Shown: piece by piece, positions 7,081-15,252 of the stretch
How positions within the stretch are numbered: position 1 is the first letter of the stretch
How the letters are laid out: every line of letters begins with the position of its first letter
Source of the DNA: SAR324 cluster bacterium
GTDB lineage: Bacteria > SAR324 > NAC60-12
Assembly: GCA_015232315.1 (NCBI GenBank)
Contig: JADFZZ010000032.1
Location: 796-32,795 of the forward strand
Direction of reading: 5' to 3'
DNA: 32,000 nt
The notes under the pieces: generated by a model
Told to the model about the DNA's origin: nothing
The model's database searches: none
What the model saw: only the letters and a program-made list of their open reading frames with translations
Program-made: the position numbers and the translations under genes

Positions 7081-8496
7081 TCATTCGACTCGTTCCAGAA
7101 CGGCTGATCCTCCCAACCCTCCGGCCGCGCAAATTCCAAGAACAGCAAACTGTTTGTTCCGTTCATGAAGTTCATGAGCCAGCGTGGTCACCATTCTGGC
7201 TCCGGTGGCGCCAAAGGGATGCCCGATCGCAATGGACCCGCCATGCACATTCAAGCGGTCTATATCGACTTCTCCCGTGGCTTTTGATTTGCCCAGTTTC
7301 ACTTTGGCAAAACCATCACTTGCCATCATTTTCAGCACACTCAGCACCTGTGCGGCAAAGGCCTCATGAATATCTACCAGATCCATGTCTTTGAGTGTCA
7401 GACCGGCACGATCCAGTGATTTCGGGATGGAAATTGCCGGGCCAATCAGCAATTGGTCTGAAGGGTCCACACCGGAATAAGCCCAACTTCGAAAGCAGGC
7501 CAGCGGTTTGAAACCCATCGCACGGGCTTTCTCTTCACTCATCAACAGTACAGCCGCGGCTCCATCCGTCAGCGGACTGGAATTGCCCGCGGTCAAAGTC
7601 CCGTTTTTGGCGAATACAGGTTTGAGTTTGGAAAGTTTTTCCAGGCTGGTGTCACCACGAACAAGACCATCCGCATGAATCCAACTTCCATCTTCTGTCT
7701 GGACAGGAGTCACTTCACGATCAAACCGACCGGAGGCAATGGCCGCGGCCGCACGATGGTGGGATCTGAGTGCAAATTCATCCTGGGATTCTCTGCTGAT
7801 CTGATTGCGTTGTGCCATTTCTTCCGCGGATTCTCCCATGACCTGACCCGTGGTGCGTTCCGCGATTTCTGGTTTGCTGGGCAAAATGTCACGAAAAGGA
7901 AGCAGTTGGGGCAATACGCTCAAAATATCCGAGGGTTTTCCTTTACCAAAGGCGAAAGGCGCCAAGGCATGAACCAGTTTTTGCGGCAACCGGATTTCAG
8001 CGTTACTGGTGGAATCGGAGCCTCCGGCAATCACAATATCAGCTTCTCCCCGTTCAATCGCGGCGGCGGCAAGGGTTAGCGCCTGTAAGCCGGAAGCGCA
8101 GGCTCGTGTAACCGTCATGCCTTCAGTGTATTCAGGAAACTTCAGATCCAAGGCGATTTCCCTCGCCAGATTAGGTGCGCCAAAAGGCAGAACCACGCCA
8201 CCCCAGACAATGCTTTCCACTTCTTTTTTGGGCAGACCGGTTTGTTTCAGCAGTGCGCTTACGGCCAGATCACCCAGAGCAATCGTATCCATTTTCATGA
8301 AGGGGCCGAATGCTCTGACAAAGGGTGTTCGGACACCAGCCACAATCACAGCCCTGATTGGTTTTTTGGAACCAGAGTTTTGTGACACCTGAACCGTTGG
8401 TGCTTTTTTTTCTGTCGTTGTGCTGTGGCTGTTTGCTGTTTTCTTGACAGGTGGTTTGGTCGTGGGTGCTGTTTGTTTGGTATTATCAGTTGTCAT
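7081..8496 (-). CDS. Acetyl-CoA C-acyltransferase (thiolase, FadI/FadA-like) with a low-complexity N-terminal extension
   Basis: Thiolase motifs VTRACASGLQAL (nucleophilic Cys), NVHGGSIAIGHPFGATGARM and GICAAGGLGGS. Start moved to ATG 8496 (GGAG upstream). The first ~45 aa are T/K/P-rich (MTTDNTKQTAPTTKPPVKKTANSHSTTTEKKAPT...). Confidence 0.92.
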   Translation of the reverse strand: MTTDNTKQTAPTTKPPVKKTANSHSTTTEKKAPTVQVSQNSGSKKPIRAVIVAGVRTPFVRAFGPFMKMDTIALGDLAVSALLKQTGLPKKEVESIVWGGVVLPFGAPNLAREIALDLKFPEYTEGMTVTRACASGLQALTLAAAAIERGEADIVIAGGSDSTSNAEIRLPQKLVHALAPFAFGKGKPSDILSVLPQLLPFRDILPSKPEIAERTTGQVMGESAEEMAQRNQISRESQDEFALRSHHRAAAAIASGRFDREVTPVQTEDGSWIHADGLVRGDTSLEKLSKLKPVFAKNGTLTAGNSSPLTDGAAAVLLMSEEKARAMGFKPLACFRSWAYSGVDPSDQLLIGPAISIPKSLDRAGLTLKDMDLVDIHEAFAAQVLSVLKMMASDGFAKVKLGKSKATGEVDIDRLNVHGGSIAIGHPFGATGARMVTTLAHELHERNKQFAVLGICAAGGLGGSAVLERVE

Positions 8497-8648
8497 GAAA
8501 TTACTCCAATAATGTTTAGGTACGTGAACAGAATAGCATGCAAAAATTCTCCTGACAGATCTTCTGCCTGAAAATCGTAGAGACGTGCCAGAGCGTGCCT
8601 CTACAGTCCTGAAAAAGCAGTGTGGGGGAAGGATCTGCCGGAAACACC

Positions 8649-10094
8649 TCAAGCCCCCAAAATTGCACCACCACACACTCGGATCACTTCCCCGGTAACG
8701 CCCTGGGCTCCCGGTGTGGCCAGAAAAGCAATGGCCTGTCCTACGTCTTCCGGTTGGCCGCCTTGCCCCAGATTGTTCATACGGCGACCCACTTCACGGA
8801 TCGCTACCGGAATAGCCTCTGTCAGGCGAGTCTCAATGAATCCCGGTGCGATCGCGTTGACGGTGATTCCTCGATCAGCCACCAGATTGGACAAATGCCG
8901 GACGAATCCGATAATTCCCGCTTTTGAGGCAGAATAGTTGGTTTGTCCCCGATTGCCGGCAATCCCTGCAATAGAAGACAGACAAATGATCCGTCCTTCA
9001 TCTCTGAGAGTGCCTTTCAGCAATTGTTCCGTGATCCTCAGGACAGCGCCGAGATTGACATCGACAGCCTGATTCCAATATTCAGGAGTCATTCTGGCAA
9101 TGGTTTTGTCACGGGTGATGCCCGCGTTATGAACAACAATATCCACACCACCATACGTTTTTTTCAGATAATCTGAAATTTGCTGAGGCGCATCCGCTTG
9201 AGTGACATCCACCAGCAGAACATCACCATTGATTTCACGGGCAAGCTGACTGGCTGGTCCATCATCTGCCGGTCGGTCAAGACACACGACTCTTGCACCT
9301 TCCCGTGCCAGAATTTTTGCGGTGGCGGCACCAATCCCTCGGGCCGCGCCTGTCACCAGTGCGACCTTTCCATCGAGTTGTGAAGTCCAGGCGGGTTTGT
9401 CTTTGGAGGCCTTAGCCGTATTGCTGAGTGTGACAGGTTGCCCTGAGATATACGCGGATCGGGGCGACATGAAAAAACGTAAGGCGCCAGGCAGTCGTGA
9501 AACACAATCTTCGGAAACATAAATCAGTTGAGCGATGGAACCATTATTGCCGATTTCCTTGGCAATACTGCGGGTGAATCCGCTCAAGGCCCCCTGCACG
9601 GAAGCCCGTGAGATGTCGGCTTTGATGCTGGACGGATTGCATCCTACGATCACGATTCTCCCTGATTTTTCCATTTTGGTCGCAAGCGGATGAAAAAAAT
9701 CATACACCTGTTTGAATTCTTCAGGAGAAGAAATGCCGGTTGCGTCAAAAACAAGAACCTTGAATTTTTGATTTTCCGCGGGTTTTCCGGAAATATCGAG
9801 TTTCTGGATGGGTTGTCCGTAAGCTTCTGTAGGTTCGTTGAAGGCCGTCAGGCTTTTTGAGTCGCCCGCTACATGCAGGGACGCTCCGGCTTCTGCCAGC
9901 GTCGTGGCAATTTCCGAGGCGGCAAAACTTCCTGCGGCCACATAAATGCCAGCCTGCTGATTGGCCAGTATTCGAACTTTCCACGAGTCTTGATCGCGCT
10001 CAAGTGCCTGTGGCATGGGAATTGGCAGACCAAGAGATTTAATCCATTTCCGTGCTTGTGGATTTTTGCCTAGCTCAAGTAAGAAATCACTCAT
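8649..10094 (-). CDS. Two-domain 3-oxoacyl-(ACP/CoA) reductase, FabG4-like SDR
   Basis: 481 aa. The C-terminal half is a classical SDR (GKVALVTGAARGIGAA; NAG; YSASKAG; PGFIET). A ~230-aa N-terminal non-catalytic domain precedes it, as in high-molecular-weight FabG4-type enzymes. AAGGAG lies upstream of the ATG at 10094. Confidence 0.9.
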   Translation of the reverse strand: MSDFLLELGKNPQARKWIKSLGLPIPMPQALERDQDSWKVRILANQQAGIYVAAGSFAASEIATTLAEAGASLHVAGDSKSLTAFNEPTEAYGQPIQKLDISGKPAENQKFKVLVFDATGISSPEEFKQVYDFFHPLATKMEKSGRIVIVGCNPSSIKADISRASVQGALSGFTRSIAKEIGNNGSIAQLIYVSEDCVSRLPGALRFFMSPRSAYISGQPVTLSNTAKASKDKPAWTSQLDGKVALVTGAARGIGAATAKILAREGARVVCLDRPADDGPASQLAREINGDVLLVDVTQADAPQQISDYLKKTYGGVDIVVHNAGITRDKTIARMTPEYWNQAVDVNLGAVLRITEQLLKGTLRDEGRIICLSSIAGIAGNRGQTNYSASKAGIIGFVRHLSNLVADRGITVNAIAPGFIETRLTEAIPVAIREVGRRMNNLGQGGQPEDVGQAIAFLATPGAQGVTGEVIRVCGGAILGA

Positions 10095-10128
10095 GAAACT
10101 CCTTTACAGTATTCAGGTTGAGAGAAAG

Positions 10129-11022
10129 TTATTGCATTTCAAAATGACCTGTCAGATAGGCCGGTCCTCCGGGAGCATCTCCCACAAACACTTCATTTTT
10201 TTCTGTCACAAACAATCCAACTTTTGCTGGAAGCACCAACGGTCTGGTGAATTTCACATCGAACACCTTGATTTTACGACCATCGGCTCCGCAAATGCGG
10301 TTCACGCCTTCCATCGCTCTGGCCATGGTTCCAAAGCCATGCAGAATGGTGCTTTTAAATCCGGAGGCCCTGGCATAGGAAGGGATCCAGTGGATGGGGT
10401 TAAAATCGCCTGTAAGCTTGGCAAAATCGAGCCCCGCGTGGGCACTCAGTTTCCAGAATCCAATTTCCCGAACGTTTTTGGGAACCCTTGCAGGCTCGGA
10501 TTTCTTCCCGCCTTCTTCTTTTTTGTGGGGCAAGGGAACAATCGCATATAAATGAGCTGTCAGCGCGTTGGGTGTTGAAGCGGTTCCTGTAATAATTTTC
10601 TGGTGCAGAACAGCGCGTTTGCCATTGTCATTAACATCTTCAAGGCGTGCTGTGATCTGGAGGGGTTCATTGTTGGGCAGGGGGTGATTGACTTCAATCC
10701 TGCAACCGCCATTCATGACTTTCATTAACGGATAAGGGACACCGCACAGAGTTTGAGAGGCAAGTCCGAAGGCCCATTGAGGAAACAAATGGGGCGGAAG
10801 TTCTTTCTTGTACATTCCGGGATCCCCACCAACATGTCGAATGTAATCATTCACCAGATCCAGCGAGCGTGGCGGTAATGTTTTCTGGATTTCCGGCCCT
10901 GGTATAGTGATAGCAGAGCCCTGCCTGTGATCAAAACGCTGCATGAACGCGGTCAATACGGTTTTCCCCATGCCAGCGAGGACTGTCCCCTGTTTGAGTA
11001 TATGCCTGCTTGAAACACCCAT
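10129..11022 (-). CDS. MaoC-like (R)-specific enoyl/hydroxyacyl dehydratase, double hotdog (HtdX-like)
   Basis: Hydratase-2 motif LTGDFNPIHWIPSYARASG. The length (~297 aa) fits a double hotdog fold. The track start at 11028 is a GTG, and ATG 11022 has AAAGG 5 nt upstream, so the start is uncertain by 6 nt. Confidence 0.87.
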   Translation of the reverse strand: MGVSSRHILKQGTVLAGMGKTVLTAFMQRFDHRQGSAITIPGPEIQKTLPPRSLDLVNDYIRHVGGDPGMYKKELPPHLFPQWAFGLASQTLCGVPYPLMKVMNGGCRIEVNHPLPNNEPLQITARLEDVNDNGKRAVLHQKIITGTASTPNALTAHLYAIVPLPHKKEEGGKKSEPARVPKNVREIGFWKLSAHAGLDFAKLTGDFNPIHWIPSYARASGFKSTILHGFGTMARAMEGVNRICGADGRKIKVFDVKFTRPLVLPAKVGLFVTEKNEVFVGDAPGGPAYLTGHFEMQ

Positions 11023-11052
11023 GAACACCTTTCGAATCAGTTTTTATGTGTT

Positions 11053-11069
11053 TTAATAAAATTTATTAA
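11053..11069. promoter_or_regulatory. Perfect 17-bp AT palindrome upstream of the beta-oxidation-like operon (candidate operator)
   Basis: TTAATAAA-A-TTTATTAA lies 31 nt upstream of the MaoC start, in a very AT-rich intergenic region. TTAAT-AATA-ATTAA follows nearby. Confidence 0.3.
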
Positions 11070-11213
11070 TATCAAATATATATTAATAATAATTAAGCGG
11101 ACACTTGTTCATTAGAGCAAATGTTCTACGCTGATCATCCTGAAAAATCAATGAGAAAATTTATTGAAAGTGGGGGGCTTTTCTTGTCGAAATATTGTGT
11201 TTTTATGACGGGA

Positions 11214-12080
11214 CTATTCAAAATCGATAATTCCGGTGATTTTCCACATGTGCCCACCGAGTCCGACATATTCAGCTTCGGGAGTTGTTGTGATCAATCT
11301 GCTGTGATAAAAAGGATTCCACAATACGGGATTGTTATCCAAAAGCCAGAATTCAGCGCTCAATCCCCAGCCTTGCTGACCTTTCAGGGTTAATCCCGCT
11401 CGCTGAAAGCCAATCAGGGAATCAGCCACAAAGTGATCATAGCGTTCTTCCAGATCGTCCACCGGAATTTTTGTACCATCCTCCCGAAACGCTGTATGGA
11501 GTGTGCTTTCCACATGCATGGCCCCGACTCCCGCAAATAAACGAAGGGGAGGCGGTAACAATGAGTCCTCTGCGTAAAATGAAAATGCTATATAATAATA
11601 ATGTGTCCTTAAGTGAATCATCGGGGTGGACTGGATGGGATCATTCTGGACATTTTTTGAGGTATTATCCGTAAGCCATGTGTTGGTATACCCACCTGTC
11701 CAACTCAACGCGGAGATGATTGAGGATTCCAGCGATATCAAATATTCTATAGAAAATGGTGGCAGAGAATGCGCAAGCTTCCCCCATCTGGACTCTTCAG
11801 CTTCAGTGTGCCGATCTTTTGAAAGCCCCCCGACGTTGGCCCAGGAGGCATTGAAGGAGCCGCCCCCATCCCGGAATTTTTCATTTCCTGTCATGACATA
11901 AAACGGATGTTCTGTGTATCCCTGATAGGTCATTTCCAGCAATCCAACCTGCCACCATGTTTTTGTTTCTCCTGAAGCTGTTGTCTCAGGTAATAATTCA
12001 GATGGTTCCTGGGCCAGAGCCACTGTGGTCCATGCAATCAGAATCCAGATACGCCATAACCAGTGTTTTATACGTTTCAT
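11214..12080 (-). CDS. Secreted protein of unknown function (possible outer-membrane beta-barrel)
   Basis: Start moved to ATG 12080, giving the signal peptide MKRIKHWLWRIWILIAWTTVALA|QEP. The mature part is rich in W/Y/G/T. The longer track ORF (to 12293) would run through the hsp20 promoter and CIRCE. Confidence 0.55.
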   Translation of the reverse strand: MKRIKHWLWRIWILIAWTTVALAQEPSELLPETTASGETKTWWQVGLLEMTYQGYTEHPFYVMTGNEKFRDGGGSFNASWANVGGLSKDRHTEAEESRWGKLAHSLPPFSIEYLISLESSIISALSWTGGYTNTWLTDNTSKNVQNDPIQSTPMIHLRTHYYYIAFSFYAEDSLLPPPLRLFAGVGAMHVESTLHTAFREDGTKIPVDDLEERYDHFVADSLIGFQRAGLTLKGQQGWGLSAEFWLLDNNPVLWNPFYHSRLITTTPEAEYVGLGGHMWKITGIIDFE

Positions 12081-12260
12081 TCCCGTTTTGTCCCATGAGG
12101 TGAGTGAATGGTAACAGTTTCTGTGCAAGACTATCGCTCTGCACTGAGTTTTCCTGTTTAGCGAAAAACAGGTTTGAAGGGCATCTTCATGCCACTGATA
12201 TCCTTCCCTGATACCAATAACTCCTTTTCTGTAAAAAAATAAAATTTTTAAAAAGGGGGA

Positions 12261-12288
12261 TTGACAAGAATTTTTTATTTGATATATT
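12261..12288 (+). promoter_or_regulatory. sigma70-type promoter of the hsp20 operon
   Basis: TTGACA (12261-12266), a 16-nt spacer, then TATATT (12283-12288). Confidence 0.6.
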
Positions 12289-12313
12289 AGCACTCAAGTT
12301 AAGTGAGTGCTAA
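12287..12313 (+). promoter_or_regulatory. CIRCE operator (HrcA binding site)
   Basis: TTAGCACTC-aagttaagt-GAGTGCTAA matches the CIRCE consensus TTAGCACTC-N9-GAGTGCTAA perfectly. It overlaps the -10 box and TSS region, 34 nt upstream of the first hsp20 ATG. Confidence 0.88.
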
Positions 12314-12346
12314 TAATATTAAAAACATAAACATATGGAGGTTGAT

Positions 12347-12775
12347 ATGTGGAATAATTCACTCTCAAGAACAGTCAATGCAATGCTGTCGTTACAGGAT
12401 GCGCTTGATCGGGCACATGCCAATGATTTTTTCGGAGGCCACACCACCAGTCGCGGAGTGAATCCGCCTGTAAATCTGTTTGAAAAAGATGGAGATGTGG
12501 TGCTGGTTACTGAACTTCCTGGTGTGCATAAGGAAAACATCAAGATGGAGGTGAAGGAAAATATGATCCGGCTATCCGGTGAACGGAAACTGGATTATAG
12601 CGAAAATTGCAGTTGTCATCGCATGGAGCGTGGCGCATGGAAATTTGATCGATCCATCAAATTACCCTTCCGGGTTGATAATGATAAAATCAGGGCTGAA
12701 CTCAAAAACGGCTTGCTGGTGGTTTCTCTTCCCAGAGCCGAACAGGATAAACCACGGCAAATTGCCATCAATTGA
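12347..12775 (+). CDS. Small heat-shock protein, Hsp20/alpha-crystallin family (copy 1)
   Basis: Alpha-crystallin domain PPVNLFEKDGDVVLVTELPGVHKENIKMEVKENMIRLSGER...FDRSIKLPFRVDNDKIRAELKNGLLVVSLPRAE. Start at ATG 12347, with GGAGG 5 nt upstream. Confidence 0.92.
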   Translation: MWNNSLSRTVNAMLSLQDALDRAHANDFFGGHTTSRGVNPPVNLFEKDGDVVLVTELPGVHKENIKMEVKENMIRLSGERKLDYSENCSCHRMERGAWKFDRSIKLPFRVDNDKIRAELKNGLLVVSLPRAEQDKPRQIAIN

Positions 12776-12816
12776 TAAATAATTATAATCACTGAACCAA
12801 TTGATCAGGAGGTCAT

Positions 12817-13224
12817 ATGAGTATCGAAAATAAAGATCTGAATAAAACAGAGCAGAATGTCACCAAAAAGGAATCTGGTGAGGAAAAAACTGTCGCAGGT
12901 CGATTTTATAGTCCACCGACAGATATCGTTGAAACCGATAAGTCGCTGATTGTGAATATGGACATGCCGGGAGTCTTGAAGGAAAATCTTGCTATCCGTC
13001 TGGAAAACCAGGTGCTGGAAGTGGAGGGACACATTGATTTCAGCCCGTATCAGGGATTGAATCCGATTTATACGGAATACAATGTTGGTCATTACACCCG
13101 CAAATTCACTGTATCCAGTTCGATTAATACGGATAAAATTGAAGCATCTCTCAATGATGGCGTTCTGACATTGACTTTGCCCAAGGCGGAAAAAGCACAG
13201 CCAAGACAGATTCAGATCAGTTGA
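12817..13224 (+). CDS. Small heat-shock protein, Hsp20 family (copy 2)
   Basis: PPTDIVETDKSLIVNMDMPGVLKENLAIRLENQVLEVEG...FTRKFTVSSSINTDKIEASLNDGVLTLTLPKAE. AGGAGG RBS. Confidence 0.92.
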   Translation: MSIENKDLNKTEQNVTKKESGEEKTVAGRFYSPPTDIVETDKSLIVNMDMPGVLKENLAIRLENQVLEVEGHIDFSPYQGLNPIYTEYNVGHYTRKFTVSSSINTDKIEASLNDGVLTLTLPKAEKAQPRQIQIS

Positions 13225-13282
13225 CCATTGATAAGCCCTGTGCCTTGGAGCATGGGGCCTTCAGGAGAACAGGAGGATCTAT

Positions 13283-13474
13283 ATGAGAAAACAGCACGAG
13301 GAAAAGCAATTGACACATGAGGAAATTCAGCAGGCCATGCAAAATTTTCTCGCAAAAGGAAAATCCATTAAAATTCTGGCCCCACAGGAAATATACCAAC
13401 ATGATTATGTCGGTGGATACAACTGGGGACCTTATGAATCAATGGATTCTCTTGATTTTAATACGTTGTCATAA
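13283..13474 (+). CDS. Small hypothetical protein (63 aa) embedded in the hsp20 operon
   Basis: Strong RBS (ACAGGAGGATCTAT-ATG). It sits in its own intergenic slot between hsp20 copies 2 and 3. I recognise no family. Confidence 0.45.
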   Translation: MRKQHEEKQLTHEEIQQAMQNFLAKGKSIKILAPQEIYQHDYVGGYNWGPYESMDSLDFNTLS

Positions 13475-13533
13475 CAAAGGTTTCGCCTAATATTTCGAAG
13501 TATTATTCTTTACTTTTTATGCATGGAGGTCAT

Positions 13534-14055
13534 ATGTCATGGAAAGATTTGATCACATGGAATCAAAAAAAAGATGGATATAATAATCCTGTCAAAGTTG
13601 ACACTGCGATGGATCAACACCCGATGGTGATGTTTCATCGTGAAATGGACCGGCTATTTCAGGATTTTTTCAAGGATTTCTGGTCTCCCTCCACTTTCTG
13701 GGGCCGAGAGGGCGGCAGCATGTTTTCACCGAAACTGAATGTCAGTGAGGATGAAAAACAGATTGATGTGACTCTTGAAATTCCGGGGATGGACGAAAAG
13801 GACATTCGAATTTCCCTGAAGGATGACATTCTGTCCATCAAGGGAACGAAAAATCAGGAAAAAGAAGATAAGCAAAAAGAGTATCACCATATTGAGCGTT
13901 CCTATGGTTCGTTTCAACGATCCATTCAGTTGCCTTGTGAAGTACAGGCTGACAAAGTGCAGGCTTCCTTTAAAAAGGGCGTGTTGTCTGTGACGCTTCC
14001 CAAAGTTGAGAATGCACAATCCAGAGTACGAATCATCCCTGTTCAGGGCAACTGA
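13534..14055 (+). CDS. Small heat-shock protein, Hsp20 family (copy 3)
   Basis: PKLNVSEDEKQIDVTLEIPGMDEKDIRISLKDDILSIKGTK...FQRSIQLPCEVQADKVQASFKKGVLSVTLPKVE. Start at ATG 13534, with GGAGG 4 nt upstream. Confidence 0.92.
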   Translation: MSWKDLITWNQKKDGYNNPVKVDTAMDQHPMVMFHREMDRLFQDFFKDFWSPSTFWGREGGSMFSPKLNVSEDEKQIDVTLEIPGMDEKDIRISLKDDILSIKGTKNQEKEDKQKEYHHIERSYGSFQRSIQLPCEVQADKVQASFKKGVLSVTLPKVENAQSRVRIIPVQGN

Positions 14056-14061
14056 CACTAC

Positions 14062-14088
14062 GGTGGAGGCAAAACCACGGCCTCCACC
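14062..14088 (+). terminator. GC-rich hairpin after the hsp20 operon (terminator candidate without a clear U-tract)
   Basis: GGTGGAGGC-aaaaccacg-GCCTCCACC is a perfect 9-bp stem 7 nt after the hsp20 stop. It is followed by CTTCTC rather than a T-run. Confidence 0.4.
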
Positions 14089-14155
14089 CTTCTCGCCCCC
14101 CTCTTCACCCACAAATTCAAAAAAATTCCTAAAAAATTTCATCAACCTTTCTGAA

Positions 14156-14171
14156 TGGATTATTCTTTGCA
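14156..14171 (+). promoter_or_regulatory. Candidate sigma54 (-24/-12) promoter for the stator/FliG-like operon
   Basis: TGGATTATTCTTTGCA has GG and TTGCA at exactly the spacing of TGGCACG-N4-TTGCA. Only TGG of the -24 box is conserved. It lies 63 nt upstream of ATG 14234. Confidence 0.3.
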
Positions 14172-14233
14172 AGAACAAAAATCAGAATTCTGCTGACTTC
14201 AGATTTAATAATTGTCTTCAAAGAAAAGGTCGG

Positions 14234-15211
14234 ATGAAACGGTTACTCATTACATTGATGTTATTATCATGCTGCTGGCTGACAGCCATGGCGGAAGAAA
14301 CAGAAAAATCCAGTATTTTCTGGGAGGATCGGGAGATTGGTCAACTGGAAAATATGACGCCGGAATTGCTGGCCGCTGTCAAGCGCATGCATAACCGGAT
14401 TCCCTCGGTCGCAATTTCGACCACCACCATCGATGAAAATCTGAGTCCCAAATTAAGAAGGGTTCTGGTTTCCCGATTGTATGAAATATTGACCACGGAT
14501 GTGGCCTTGAAAATCGGAAAATGCGATGAATGCGGGCAGATACGCAGTGAGCTTTCCGGAAGTTTTCTCAAAATCAGTCGCGGCATCGCGGAAGATGCCT
14601 ACCGACGTTCCAAAGCACGTGAACTGAATGTCGCAGGATTTCTGGACATTTCTGTTTTCATGAGCGAACGGCAACTTTCTGTCACCTTCACCGCTTATGA
14701 TGCCCAGGATGGAAAAATTGCGTTTTCGGAGATCATCACCGGTGATCCGGGTGGACGAACAGAATATACCAATATCTATCTGGGACGATTCAACATTCCA
14801 ATTGCCATTGATGGCACATCCATTGATCATTCAGCCTATATTCTTGGAATGGAACTTTCCAAGCGCATATCGGAATCATGGTTGTTTGCAGGAAATGTGG
14901 CACTTCTGACAGACAATAACAGCAAGTTGACCACCAAATATCCTGACAGTATTTCAGGATTGATGATTGACGGCACTGCCATGTATGAGATGGTTCAGGC
15001 TCTTGGCGGTCGTGCGACAATCGCGGGTGTATTGGGCATGGGGCAATTATTGGCTCCCGCCTTGACGTCACCGTTTTATGCTAAAGTCGGAACAAAAATC
15101 GCGGTAGGTGAGAAACTCACCATTAATCTGCATTATATGTCATTCATCCCTGCCTTGACGACTCCTGAAACAACTGGTGCGACGTATATGGCTTTAGGAT
15201 GGCAGTGGTAA
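14234..15211 (+). CDS. Secreted protein, probable outer-membrane component (periplasmic N-domain + Gly-rich beta C-domain)
   Basis: Start moved to ATG 14234, giving the signal peptide MKRLLITLMLLSCCWLTAMA|EE. The N-domain pattern (VAISTTTIDENLSPKLRRVLVSRLYEIL...NVAGFLDISVFMSERQLSVTFTAYDAQDGKIAFSE) recalls LpoB/FlgO/CsgG-type periplasmic scaffold domains. The C-terminus is Gly-rich with alternating strands and ends ...ALGWQW (aromatic terminus). Confidence 0.6.
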   Translation: MKRLLITLMLLSCCWLTAMAEETEKSSIFWEDREIGQLENMTPELLAAVKRMHNRIPSVAISTTTIDENLSPKLRRVLVSRLYEILTTDVALKIGKCDECGQIRSELSGSFLKISRGIAEDAYRRSKARELNVAGFLDISVFMSERQLSVTFTAYDAQDGKIAFSEIITGDPGGRTEYTNIYLGRFNIPIAIDGTSIDHSAYILGMELSKRISESWLFAGNVALLTDNNSKLTTKYPDSISGLMIDGTAMYEMVQALGGRATIAGVLGMGQLLAPALTSPFYAKVGTKIAVGEKLTINLHYMSFIPALTTPETTGATYMALGWQW

Positions 15212-15252
15212 TCAAACACGGATGTTAATTCATAGATTCCAGGGAAGGTAGT

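Noticed and set aside
8497-8676. N-terminal 60-codon extension of the thiolase ORF (MWWCNFGG...)
   Set aside because: It overlaps the 3' end of the upstream reductase gene, has Cys/Trp/Arg-rich composition, and the internal ATG 8496 has a GGAG RBS.
10015-10551. 178-aa plus-strand ORF
   Set aside because: Antisense shadow across the FabG4-like start and the MaoC gene. No motifs.
12081-12293. 5' extension of the minus-strand secreted-protein ORF
   Set aside because: It would run through the hsp20 sigma70 promoter and CIRCE. The signal peptide begins at ATG 12080.
12805-13092. 95-aa minus-strand ORF; also 13726-14178 (-), 150 aa
   Set aside because: Both are antisense to well-supported Hsp20 genes. 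No RBS or motifs.
14006-14233. 5' extension of the first operon gene (MRMHNPEYES...)
   Set aside because: It overlaps the hsp20 copy 3 stop and the terminator-like hairpin. A canonical signal peptide starts at ATG 14234.
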